A DNA stretch of 27,974 nt from NCBI GenBank assembly GCA_031426555.1, contig JANPLN010000017.1, positions 1 through 27,974 on the forward strand. The letters are read 5' to 3'. The notes below the pieces were generated by a model. It was not told the origin of the DNA and searched no databases. It worked only from the letters and a program-made list of their open reading frames with translations. Shown here in pieces: positions 1 through 8,825 of this stretch (positions within the stretch are counted from its first letter, which is position 1; every line of letters starts with the position of its first letter). Made by a program: the position numbers and the translations under genes. The DNA comes from Bdellovibrionales bacterium (GTDB taxonomy: Bacteria > Bdellovibrionota > Bdellovibrionia > Bdellovibrionales > JAGQZY01).

Positions 1-411
1 GTTGCGGGTGTCGATCACCACCACATCATCGCGCTGCATGTATGAGTTCCAGTCTGCGGGCGAAAGATGGCGATGCTCGCCTTTAGGCACAAACTCTTCG
101 CGCTCAAAGGTCACGATCTCGTCGCGAATTTTTACGTCAAAGCGGCGAAAGGGGCGTTTGTTGCTGTGGCTTTTTTTGATGAGAGAGGTTTCGCGAATCC
201 CGAGAACAGATTTTAACTGCAGAATAAACTCATCCAGCGCCACTTCGTCGGTGCTTGCCATTGTGGTGTTAAAGCCCTCTTTGCCAAGAATCACCAGGCC
301 GATGATGTTTTTTTCGGCGGCTTTTTGCGTAAGCTCGGCGCTGAAGCCCGGTAAGGCGGTCTCCGAGAGAGCTTGAAAGGCATAGAATGTTTTGATCGTA
401 AATTGCTGCAT
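1..411 (-). CDS. trhO: Rhodanese-related tRNA uridine(34) hydroxylase TrhO/YceA family, N-terminal part; runs off the left edge
   Basis: Manual minus-strand translation from ATG 411 gives MQQFTIKTFYAF...GLVILGKEGFNTTMA...KRPFRRFDVKIRDEIVTF...HLSPA...DDVVVIDTRN. The EGxN, PFxRxxVKxxxEIV and IDTRN motifs are typical of TrhO/YceA. The frame is open to position 1. Confidence 0.88.
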   Translation of the reverse strand, partial: MQQFTIKTFYAFQALSETALPGFSAELTQKAAEKNIIGLVILGKEGFNTTMASTDEVALDEFILQLKSVLGIRETSLIKKSHSNKRPFRRFDVKIRDEIVTFEREEFVPKGEHRHLSPADWNSYMQRDDVVVIDTRN

Positions 412-466
412 CGGCCCAAACTTTTAATGCTTTTTTGAAAGATTGTCCACATGGTAATGATTAATC

Positions 467-1372
467 ATGGCTTTTTTAAGTGCTTTCTTAAAGCGGCATC
501 TGCCAGTTTTTTTATACCACTGGCTCATCCGCGCCTGGAATGTTTTTTTTCCGCTCGTAAAATCCATTCTTAAAGCGAGATCCATTTTTTCTAGAAACAA
601 CGCTGCCCTGCACTTTTCCAACGAATGGGCTGATATCAACTTTCAAAATTGGCAAAAAATGTTTGCAGCTTTGAATTTTGTGGGTCGACCGAATTTAAAA
701 TATTTAGAAATTGGATGTTTTGAAGGAAAGTCTCTGTTGTGGATGTTAAAAAATGTTTTAACCCATCCGAGCTCCCGAGCGGTGGTTGTGGATGTGTTTG
801 GACCGAATTATGCTTTTCAGTTTTTTGCGAATTTAGCGGCTGCGGGGGAGTTGCGACGGGTTGAAATCCAAAAAGGTTTTTCTCGTCAGATTTTACGCAA
901 GCTTCCGTTAAATTGTTTTGATATTATTTATGTCGATGGTGGCCATTCCATGTCGGATGTTTTTATGGATCTGGGACTGAGCTGGGACCTCCTCAAGGTC
1001 GGCGGTATCGCGATACTAGATGATTATAGGATCGGAGAGAATGCCTTGCCAACGGATATGCACCCGAAACAAGTGATCGACACTTTTTTGCTTGGTTTTG
1101 GCGGCGCGGTCGAGGTTTTAGCAGACGGAAATCAAGTCATCTTTAGAAAAAAAGCCGAAATCGTAGGCGGTAATATAATTTTCGATTTGGGTCAGTTTTC
1201 TTACGATTGGTACAGAAAGCAGCTTATAAAAAATGATAGTTCCATCGTTAACCTGGACAATGATGACATCCGAGTGATGGATAACTTCATTAAAACTGTG
1301 CCTTTGAGTTATGGCTTGCAGCCCAGCTCCCTTCCACCGGATGTGACTCGGGTTTTGCAAAACCACATTTAG
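467..1372 (+). CDS. Class I SAM-dependent methyltransferase (Methyltransf_24-like)
   Basis: Motifs YLEIGCFEGKS, FDIIYVDGGH and LLKVGGIAILDDY. Confidence 0.85.
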   Translation: MAFLSAFLKRHLPVFLYHWLIRAWNVFFPLVKSILKARSIFSRNNAALHFSNEWADINFQNWQKMFAALNFVGRPNLKYLEIGCFEGKSLLWMLKNVLTHPSSRAVVVDVFGPNYAFQFFANLAAAGELRRVEIQKGFSRQILRKLPLNCFDIIYVDGGHSMSDVFMDLGLSWDLLKVGGIAILDDYRIGENALPTDMHPKQVIDTFLLGFGGAVEVLADGNQVIFRKKAEIVGGNIIFDLGQFSYDWYRKQLIKNDSSIVNLDNDDIRVMDNFIKTVPLSYGLQPSSLPPDVTRVLQNHI

Positions 1373-1424
1373 GTGGTATTTTTCATTTGCTGCGCGGCAG
1401 ATGAACTGTTAACTTTGCCACCTC

Positions 1425-3032
1425 ATGTCTCAGCTCACACAGGAACAAATCAAAAAAAGACGCACCTTCGCGATCATCTCCCACCCCGATGCCGGTAAAA
1501 CGACCATCACCGAAAAGCTCATTTATCATGGCGGGGTGATCCGCGAAACTGGCGAAGTGAAGGGCAAAAAGGGCACCAAAGCTGCGACCTCCGACTGGAT
1601 GACCATGGAGCAGGAGCGCGGAATTTCCATCACGTCCAGTGTGATCAATTTTGATTACAACAACTTGCGCATTAATTTATTGGACACTCCCGGCCACAAA
1701 GACTTTTCCGAAGACACCTACAGAACGCTGGTGGCGGCAGATACTGCGCTGATGTTGATCGACGTTGCCAAGGGTGTGGAAGATCGTACTAAAAAACTTT
1801 ACGAAGTTTGTAATTACCGAAAAATTCCTATTTTTACCTTTATCAACAAGTGCGACCGCGAGGGAAAAAGTCCCTTGGAGCTTATCGACGAAATCGAAAC
1901 AACATTAAAAATGAAATGCTATCCCGTTAATTGGCCTCTGGGCGTGGGCGAGCTTTTTAAAGGCGTCTACGATCGCCTGGCAAAAAAAGTGTATCTGTAC
2001 AAAAAAAGTTCAGCCAGAGATGACGAAATTGAATACGAAGTGGTGCCCATTTCTGATTTTAAAGACCCGCGCTGGAAAGAATGGCTCCATCGCGACATTT
2101 ACGAAAGCGTGCTCGAAGAAATTCAATTGATCGACGCCGATAGCGATGAGTTTGATATCAACGAATTCAATGCTGGAAAAATTTCGCCAGCGTTTTTTGG
2201 CAGCGCCAAAATGAATTTTGGTGTGGATTTATTTTTAGATTATTTTACCCGCTGGGCGCCGCAACCTGGGGCGCACCAAACCAAAGATGGTCGAACGGTG
2301 AATCCTTTTGACGATTATTTTTCGGGCTTTATTTTTAAAATCCAGGCCAACATGGATCGCAAACACCGCGATCGCATTGCCTTTATGCGAATTTGCTCGG
2401 GCGAATTTCAGCGCGGCATGAAAGTTCAGCACCATCGTTTGGATCGCGAACTTCGGTTGTCCCACTCGAATCAATTTACCGCGCAAGACCGTGAGACTGT
2501 GGATTCGGCTTACGCGGGCGATATCATCGGTGTGAGCGATAGCGGAAACTTTCAAATTGGAGACTCGGTAAGTACGACGAAATCGTTATTCTTTGAAGAC
2601 ATCCCCAAATTCTCGCCCGAGATGTTTTCTAAAATGACCGTGACCGATGCGCTCAAACGGCAAAAGTTGCAAAAGGGTTTAAAAGAACTTTCCGAAGAGG
2701 GTGCCATTCAATTGTTTTTTGATCCCATTGTTGGCATGCAAGATCCACTCATTGGCGTTGTGGGGGAGCTGCAGTTTGAAGTGCTCAAGTACCGCCTGGA
2801 AGATGAGTATAATCTAGAGACCAAAATGCAACGCATGACCCAAACCGTGGCCCGCTGGCCCCGTAAGGACGACAAACCGTGCAAAGATATTAAGGGCGTG
2901 AACGTGGTTTACGAAGATATGAATGGTCAGCCCGTCATCCTTGTGGACAACGAGTGGGATATGAAGTGGTTGAAAAAAGAAAACCCAGGGGTGGTGTTTG
3001 GTTCGCCTTTTAGTTCGGGTTTGAAAATTTAA
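1425..3032 (+). CDS. prfC: Peptide chain release factor 3
   Basis: Motifs RRTFAIISHPDAGKTTITEK, SDWMTMEQERGISITSS, LLDTPGHKDFSEDTYRTL, FKIQANMDRKHRDRIAF and GVVGELQFEV; 535 aa. Confidence 0.98.
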   Translation: MSQLTQEQIKKRRTFAIISHPDAGKTTITEKLIYHGGVIRETGEVKGKKGTKAATSDWMTMEQERGISITSSVINFDYNNLRINLLDTPGHKDFSEDTYRTLVAADTALMLIDVAKGVEDRTKKLYEVCNYRKIPIFTFINKCDREGKSPLELIDEIETTLKMKCYPVNWPLGVGELFKGVYDRLAKKVYLYKKSSARDDEIEYEVVPISDFKDPRWKEWLHRDIYESVLEEIQLIDADSDEFDINEFNAGKISPAFFGSAKMNFGVDLFLDYFTRWAPQPGAHQTKDGRTVNPFDDYFSGFIFKIQANMDRKHRDRIAFMRICSGEFQRGMKVQHHRLDRELRLSHSNQFTAQDRETVDSAYAGDIIGVSDSGNFQIGDSVSTTKSLFFEDIPKFSPEMFSKMTVTDALKRQKLQKGLKELSEEGAIQLFFDPIVGMQDPLIGVVGELQFEVLKYRLEDEYNLETKMQRMTQTVARWPRKDDKPCKDIKGVNVVYEDMNGQPVILVDNEWDMKWLKKENPGVVFGSPFSSGLKI

Positions 3033-3138
3033 GCCATCGGCGTGAGGCAGATACTTTTTATACACCTGCAAAAGAAAATTAGAATTTTTTCACCACCCAT
3101 GATACCCGGAGTCTTCGTGAAAATTTTGGAGGTCTAGG

Positions 3139-4233
3139 GTGTGGGTCTTTTTTGTAATCGTACTGGGGTTCTCGGGGGCGCAAGCGCAGGATTTTGATTT
3201 CGGAATCGACGATTTAGAACTGGATCGAAAACCGCAGCTTGAATACTTTTTTTTAAACGAACTTTTACCGGTGAACGAAACTGGCGGTTACCACTCCGAG
3301 GGCAACGAGCGTATGATACAACGGCTGCGGCCCTATGTTGTGGAGCTTTTAGCACCCGAAAAAAATGGAACGGGAATCGTTCTTGGCTTTAACAAAAAAA
3401 ATCAGCCTATTATTTTAACAGCCGCGCACATGCTCATGTATAAAGACTTCGAACTCGCCAACGTCAGACGGATCTTTTTAGATCAACCCCATGGCAATCA
3501 AGCGGGCTCCATCGTGGACGAATTATCGCACGTGGTGCGCCCGGCGTGGAGAGGGGAAAACAGTGTCACCTCCAAGGGCTGGTACGGGCTTAGCATGTTT
3601 CACCCCGCGTACGATGTGAATGAGTCATTAATAATGCGCGATCAAAAAATGGATTTTGGACTCTATCTGATGACCGGTACAACAGTGGCCGTGGATTTAA
3701 CGCAAGAAAATTTGGATGCAAAGTACACCGTGCGCGAGTCCATCAATGCCGGCTTTGATCGCCCCATGCTCGCGCCCGTTAAGACCGCTCGGTTGAAAAA
3801 AAATCCCCTCAACCGCCATACACCCATAGGCACGCGCGTGCTGGTGATGGGGATGTCGAAGGGTCATTCAGCCAACGTGGCACAAATGTCGGCGGTGTTT
3901 TCCAATGTGCTGACAGACTCCATGACCGCGCGGATTTCCGAAAAATACGTTTTGGGATTGGATACCAAGATTCAATTCGTGCTGCTCGGCAATTTCGAAA
4001 AAACAATGTCAGGCGGCGGCGTCTTTAACGAGCTCGGGGAACTTGTGGGAATGGTGACTAAAATCATTCGCGACCGCTCAGGAAATTCTGTCGGTGTGAT
4101 TGTTTTGGACATCGAACACATTCTTGAAAACATCGAAAAAATCAGCAATCAAACAGAAGTGCTAAAACTAGTCACCGACGTCAAAGCCACTGCCCACGGC
4201 TTCGGCCGCCAGTGCCGCCTGCTGTTCCAATAG
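3139..4233 (+). CDS. Secreted trypsin-like (S1) serine protease domain protein
   Basis: GTG start preceded by GGAGG; signal peptide ending AQA. Catalytic triad motifs are ILTAAH (His), MDFGL (Asp) and MSGGGVFNELGELVGM (Ser). Confidence 0.75.
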   Translation: MWVFFVIVLGFSGAQAQDFDFGIDDLELDRKPQLEYFFLNELLPVNETGGYHSEGNERMIQRLRPYVVELLAPEKNGTGIVLGFNKKNQPIILTAAHMLMYKDFELANVRRIFLDQPHGNQAGSIVDELSHVVRPAWRGENSVTSKGWYGLSMFHPAYDVNESLIMRDQKMDFGLYLMTGTTVAVDLTQENLDAKYTVRESINAGFDRPMLAPVKTARLKKNPLNRHTPIGTRVLVMGMSKGHSANVAQMSAVFSNVLTDSMTARISEKYVLGLDTKIQFVLLGNFEKTMSGGGVFNELGELVGMVTKIIRDRSGNSVGVIVLDIEHILENIEKISNQTEVLKLVTDVKATAHGFGRQCRLLFQ

Positions 4234-4309
4234 GTACCAAGTACCTTTTCCGGAAGCGTGGTGTATATGAGATTGCGTATATTACCGGAAAAGGTACTTG
4301 GTACCTATT
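4229..4309. repeat. Perfect 25-bp inverted repeat with a 31-nt spacer between convergent genes (REP/MITE-like element and/or bidirectional terminator)
   Basis: AATAGGTACCAAGTACCTTTTCCGG (4229-4253) and CCGGAAAAGGTACTTGGTACCTATT (4285-4309) are exact reverse complements. Confidence 0.9.
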
Positions 4310-5528
4310 AGACTTCGTCGAGGCCGGGGATGCGTTGGAAGGCGATGCGCGTGGGGGCGGCTTCCATTTTTTCGTGTAGCGATCCCACATAGATGGTGTT
4401 TTTGCCGTAACGAGCGTTGATTTCGTCCACCGCTTTAAAGGTTTTTTGCGCTTTGTGACCACTTGTAAAGAGTGAGAGCTGATGTTCGTACTCCGAAATA
4501 AAATCTGAGAGCACTATGGACACCTTGATGGGCTTTTTTTTAAGTGGCGCCTGTTTGTACATCTCGTTGATCTGCTTTAAAAAAAAGCTCGAGTCCTGCG
4601 TGCCGTCAAAACGCAGTTCTTTAAAAAATCTTTCACCATCGAGATAACGCAAAGACAAGCTGAGCTTTCGTGCCATCATTTTTTTTGCGCGCAATCGCAC
4701 GGCCGCTTTCCACAACAGCTTGTGGGCCACGGTCAAGGCACCTTGGGAATGTCGCTCCACGGGAGGGAGCACATGGGAGTGACCGATGGATTTTGGTGGC
4801 GCCTCTTTTTGTAAATCAATCCAGCCGCCGTTTAATAAAAGATGTAGGCGCGCGCCGTGCACACTTCCCCAAAGCCCGCGCATGGTTTGTTCGCTGCTGG
4901 AAAGCAAATCAATCATGGTGTGGATTCCCTGATTTTTAAGCCGCTCGTCTATGCGTTTGCCGATGCCGGGAATGTCTTGCAGTTTTAATTCAAACAGCCG
5001 GTGAGGTAATTCATAATCCTCGATCACGGTGAGGCCGTCGGGCTTTTGCATATCGCACGCAATCTTGGCCACTAAAAAATTAGGCGCAATTCCAATGGAC
5101 GCTTTGATAAATTCGCCCACATCTTGAGCGAGGATTTTTTTAACCTCGCACGCCAAGCCCATGGCCTTTTCTTTTTGCTGCTGGCTGCCGGTGAGTTCGC
5201 AGGCGATCTCGTCGATGGAGCACACTGCGGCCACCGGTAAGATTTTATCGATCGCTTGGATCACGCTGTGGTGGTATTTGACGTAGCGGCCGTGGCTTGC
5301 GGGAATAAAAATAATCCCCGGGCACATTTTTTTTGCATCGCCCACGCGGGTGTTCGTTTTTACGCCAAAGGCCTTGGCCTCGTAACTAGCGGCAATGACT
5401 GCCGTGGAATCGGCAAGCATTGGCACCACGGCCACGGGCTTGTTGCGCAGCTCGGGGTTGTCCTGTTGCTCGCAGGAGGCAAAAAAGGAGTTCAAATCAA
5501 CGTAAAGTGAGCGCAGAGGGTTGGACAT
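4308..5528 (-). CDS. dinB: Y-family DNA polymerase (DNA polymerase IV/DinB-like)
   Basis: Motifs YVDLNSFFASCEQ, IAASYEAKAFGVK, catalytic SIDE, AKIACDMQKPDG, HhH IPGIG, KSIGHS and clamp-binding-like QLSLF. Confidence 0.9.
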   Translation of the reverse strand: MSNPLRSLYVDLNSFFASCEQQDNPELRNKPVAVVPMLADSTAVIAASYEAKAFGVKTNTRVGDAKKMCPGIIFIPASHGRYVKYHHSVIQAIDKILPVAAVCSIDEIACELTGSQQQKEKAMGLACEVKKILAQDVGEFIKASIGIAPNFLVAKIACDMQKPDGLTVIEDYELPHRLFELKLQDIPGIGKRIDERLKNQGIHTMIDLLSSSEQTMRGLWGSVHGARLHLLLNGGWIDLQKEAPPKSIGHSHVLPPVERHSQGALTVAHKLLWKAAVRLRAKKMMARKLSLSLRYLDGERFFKELRFDGTQDSSFFLKQINEMYKQAPLKKKPIKVSIVLSDFISEYEHQLSLFTSGHKAQKTFKAVDEINARYGKNTIYVGSLHEKMEAAPTRIAFQRIPGLDEV

Positions 5529-5588
5529 GTCGTTGCCATTAAGAGTAAAAAGAGTTAGATCAAATGTACATTCTTTAAAGGAGCTTCA

Positions 5589-7073
5589 ATGTTTAACGCT
5601 ATCCTATCAATATTGTTAGTTTTTTGTATCAACGCGCAGGCGCATGTTGATAGCGAGCTTCAACTGGGTTCTGTGGGTGGCGTTTCTGAGGAGTATTTAA
5701 GCTCTGCCATCGAAATTTTACCAGGCGTTGGGCTTTACGAAGAGCTTGTTATGGTGTCTTCGCTTCCGGCGGGTGCTGAGCAAGAGTTGGTTTTAAAATA
5801 CACAAAACAGGGTATTGCTCTGAATCATGCTTTTCAGTGGGAAGATGCTGTGCGCTCTTTTTACGCCGCTCTCGAGCGCGATCCAAAAATGGCGCGGGCG
5901 TATTTGGGGTTGGCGCAAGCTTTTACCATGCTAAATCGCGATCAAACAAAGTTGCCCACTGTGCTCAGTGACTTGGTTGGCAAAGCGCAAGCGGCGGCTC
6001 TCGAAGTGAGCAATAACGAACAGGATCGCCTTTGGGTGGATTCCTTTAACTTACTTTATCAGGCGCAATTTGGAATTGCCGCAAAACCGTTGATTTCTGT
6101 AACGGCAAAAAGTTTTCAGGGCGATGTGATGAATCAGTTGGGACAAGCTCTCAACCTTTTAGCCAGTCAGTATAATGATCCCGAAGCCTTCGCACTTTTG
6201 GGCTGGGATCTGGGCGACACCGATATGCTGACCTACGGGGTGCAAAGATTCCCCGAGCACTCAGGAATTATTCACTACCTTGTGCACACCAACGAAAATT
6301 CGGGTCAGTATCAAAAAGCGGTGGACTACGCCCGTCGTCTGGTAGCCATCACGCCCAATGCACCTCACAATGTTCACATGCTGGGCCACGTGCTTCCGAT
6401 GATTGGCGACTGGAAGGAAGCGAGCACGCATTTTTTAAAAGCCCATTGCATCCATCAATCGGTGTTTAACGTGAACGATCCGCTCTGTTCTGGTGTGAGC
6501 GTGGAGGGTGCTCCGCTTTCAAGCTACACACCTAAAATGCAAGAGATGTGGCACTTCGCACACAACCTGGAGCTGTTTGGTTTTAGCTTGATGCGCGAAC
6601 GTCGCCTCCAGGACGCGGAGTTGATTTTTATGCTCATGTGCCGCGTGTCCAATTGCCAAGGTCTGCTGCATTTTTACCAGGGCGAAAAGATGCACAGCCA
6701 ACTCGTGGCTTTTGTGTCGCAAATGACGTCGGCGCCAGACACTTACAAATTCATGCAGGCCCAAAGCTTGATTTTAATCGGGGAAACGCAAAAAGCCCAA
6801 AGCCTGCTAGCTACCCTCGCCAACGATGGAAGCCTCGAGCCTTTTGCGGCGGGATTAGCTTTGGCGTGGAGCCAAGGCGGCTTAAGCCAAATGCAAAAAC
6901 AATCCTTGGCCCAGCTAATTGAGCGCGCAACAACAAACCCTAATTTCGATGCGTGGTCGCACTTGCTACCGGTTTTGCGAAAACTTCATGGCTATGCCAA
7001 AAACTTCAATGCTCTCGAAACGCAAAGCATTTACGACGCTGTCCAGAAGATCGATGCTGGCCACCCTTTGTAA
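5589..7073 (+). CDS. Secreted TPR-repeat protein with a His-rich segment
   Basis: AAGGAG SD and a signal peptide ending AQA. TPR-like segments AFQWEDAVRSFYAALERDPKMARAYLGLA and PEHSGIIHYLVH...PNAPHNVHMLGH. Confidence 0.75.
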   Translation: MFNAILSILLVFCINAQAHVDSELQLGSVGGVSEEYLSSAIEILPGVGLYEELVMVSSLPAGAEQELVLKYTKQGIALNHAFQWEDAVRSFYAALERDPKMARAYLGLAQAFTMLNRDQTKLPTVLSDLVGKAQAAALEVSNNEQDRLWVDSFNLLYQAQFGIAAKPLISVTAKSFQGDVMNQLGQALNLLASQYNDPEAFALLGWDLGDTDMLTYGVQRFPEHSGIIHYLVHTNENSGQYQKAVDYARRLVAITPNAPHNVHMLGHVLPMIGDWKEASTHFLKAHCIHQSVFNVNDPLCSGVSVEGAPLSSYTPKMQEMWHFAHNLELFGFSLMRERRLQDAELIFMLMCRVSNCQGLLHFYQGEKMHSQLVAFVSQMTSAPDTYKFMQAQSLILIGETQKAQSLLATLANDGSLEPFAAGLALAWSQGGLSQMQKQSLAQLIERATTNPNFDAWSHLLPVLRKLHGYAKNFNALETQSIYDAVQKIDAGHPL

Positions 7074-7104
7074 GTTGTCTTAAAATCAGCTAGATTGTGG
7101 AGAT

Positions 7105-8037
7105 ATGTCTATGTCTCCACTGATTTCTCCATTGACCATTCAAAATCTACATAAAAAATACGGCGAATTTTCCGCGGTGAACGACGTTTCCTTCGAAATG
7201 AAGGCCGGAGAAATCTACGGACTTCTTGGGCCGAACGGCGCCGGCAAAACTTCCATTATTTCCTGCATTGTCACTTTGCAAGAGCCCACATCCGGCGAAA
7301 TTTTGATTTTTGGACAGAGCCCCCATCGCCTGCCTCTCGATGCCAAAAAATATATTGGCTTTGTTCCGCAAGAAGTGATCAACCACGGCTACTTTGATGT
7401 GTATGAAATTTTAGAATTTCAATCCGGTTATTTTGGTAAAAGTAAAAACAAAGAAAAAATTGATTATTTGCTCCATCGTTTGGGTTTGTGGGAACATCGA
7501 AATAAAAAAGTAAAAGCGTTGAGCGGCGGGATGAAGCGTCGCCTGTTAATTGCAAAAGCCTTAGTACACGATCCAAAAATCTTGCTTCTCGACGAACCGA
7601 CGGCCGGTGTGGATATCGAACTTCGCTTGTCGCTTTGGGATTTTGTGTTGGAATTAAAAAAACAAGGAATTTCGATTTTACTGACCACCCATTATTTGGA
7701 AGAGGCCGAGGAGCTTTGCGATCGCGTGGGGATTTTGCAAAAAGGAAAACTTCTCACCGAAGGTCCAACCAAACAGCTTGTGCATAAAATGACCAAACGA
7801 AAAATTTTTTTAAAGTTACGCGTCGATTCAAAAACAGACGAAAAAACAATAGCAAAACTCCAGCATCCGCAAATGGTGGGCGTGCATGAAAACACGTGGG
7901 AGTTTTTGGTGTCGCCCGAAAAAGGCATTGGTGAATTGCTCGACGAGTTAGGGTTGAGCACGTCGGCAGTGTTAGATGTAAAAATCGAAGAAGGGTCGTT
8001 GGAAGACGCCTTCCGCCACGTATTGGGGACTCTATGA
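7105..8037 (+). CDS. ABC transporter ATP-binding protein (YadG/CcmA-like)
   Basis: Walker A GPNGAGKT, signature LSGGMKRR, Walker B LLLDEPT and H-loop LTTHY. Confidence 0.95.
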   Translation: MSMSPLISPLTIQNLHKKYGEFSAVNDVSFEMKAGEIYGLLGPNGAGKTSIISCIVTLQEPTSGEILIFGQSPHRLPLDAKKYIGFVPQEVINHGYFDVYEILEFQSGYFGKSKNKEKIDYLLHRLGLWEHRNKKVKALSGGMKRRLLIAKALVHDPKILLLDEPTAGVDIELRLSLWDFVLELKKQGISILLTTHYLEEAEELCDRVGILQKGKLLTEGPTKQLVHKMTKRKIFLKLRVDSKTDEKTIAKLQHPQMVGVHENTWEFLVSPEKGIGELLDELGLSTSAVLDVKIEEGSLEDAFRHVLGTL

Positions 8038-8825
8038 CAGTAAGCAGTCGTTGGACGCCGTTTATGACGTTGTATATACGGGAGTTGAAGCGCTTTATGA
8101 AAGTCTCCGTGCAGACTGTGTTTTCGCCCCTGGTGAGCTCTGGACTGTATTTACTGATCTTTGGTGTATCGCTGGGTGGAAGCATTGAGCTTGGGCATCC
8201 GGTATCCTACCTGGCGTTTTTGATTCCAGGTCTAGTGATGATGTCAGTTTTAAATAACGCCTTTCAAAATTCATCAAGCTCCATTGTGTCGGGAAAGTTT
8301 AGCGGTGATTTGGAAGACTGGAAAATTTCGCCCCTGCGAGAGTCGGAAATTTTAGCTGCCCTCGCGTTGGGCGGTCTCACTCGCGGACTTGTGGTGGGCA
8401 TTGTTACGTTTTTAACGGGCGAGGCTTTCTATTATTTTATCAACGGGGAGTGGCTCGCCATTGCAGCGCCGTTCTGGCTGGTGTTATTTTTATTCATCGG
8501 CGGCGCGAGTTTTTCGCTCTTCGGTGTGACCGTTGCTTTTTGGGCCCGCACCTTTGATCAATTGAGCGCGGTGAATTCATTTATTCTATTGCCGTTGATT
8601 TATTTAGGCGGCGTGTTTTTTTCCGTCGAAGGACTGCATCCGTTTTGGAAACTGGTCTCGCGCCTAAACCCATTGAGCTACTTTATCAACGGTGTCCGCT
8701 ACGGCATGCTCGGCATCAGCGACGTGGATGTGATGACCGCCATGTGGGTGTCGGTGGCGTCGCTGGTTTTCTTTTATTTCATCGCCCATCGCACGCTATC
8801 GCGCGCGAGTTACGCCCGCTGGTGA
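8034..8825 (+). CDS. ABC-2 type transporter permease (YadH-like)
   Basis: About six hydrophobic segments; motifs YLAFLIPGLVMM...NAFQN, LGGVFFS and LNPLSYFINGVRYG; ATGA overlap with the ATPase gene. Confidence 0.93.
   Translation: MTVSSRWTPFMTLYIRELKRFMKVSVQTVFSPLVSSGLYLLIFGVSLGGSIELGHPVSYLAFLIPGLVMMSVLNNAFQNSSSSIVSGKFSGDLEDWKISPLRESEILAALALGGLTRGLVVGIVTFLTGEAFYYFINGEWLAIAAPFWLVLFLFIGGASFSLFGVTVAFWARTFDQLSAVNSFILLPLIYLGGVFFSVEGLHPFWKLVSRLNPLSYFINGVRYGMLGISDVDVMTAMWVSVASLVFFYFIAHRTLSRASYARW

Noticed and set aside
2..376. 124-aa plus-strand ORF
   Set aside because: It is the antisense shadow of the trhO-like gene and has no recognisable motifs.
4229..4309. Inverted repeat read as IS ends or a CRISPR repeat
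   Set aside because: No transposase lies between or near the arms, and it is a single inverted pair rather than direct repeats with spacers; no cas genes are present.
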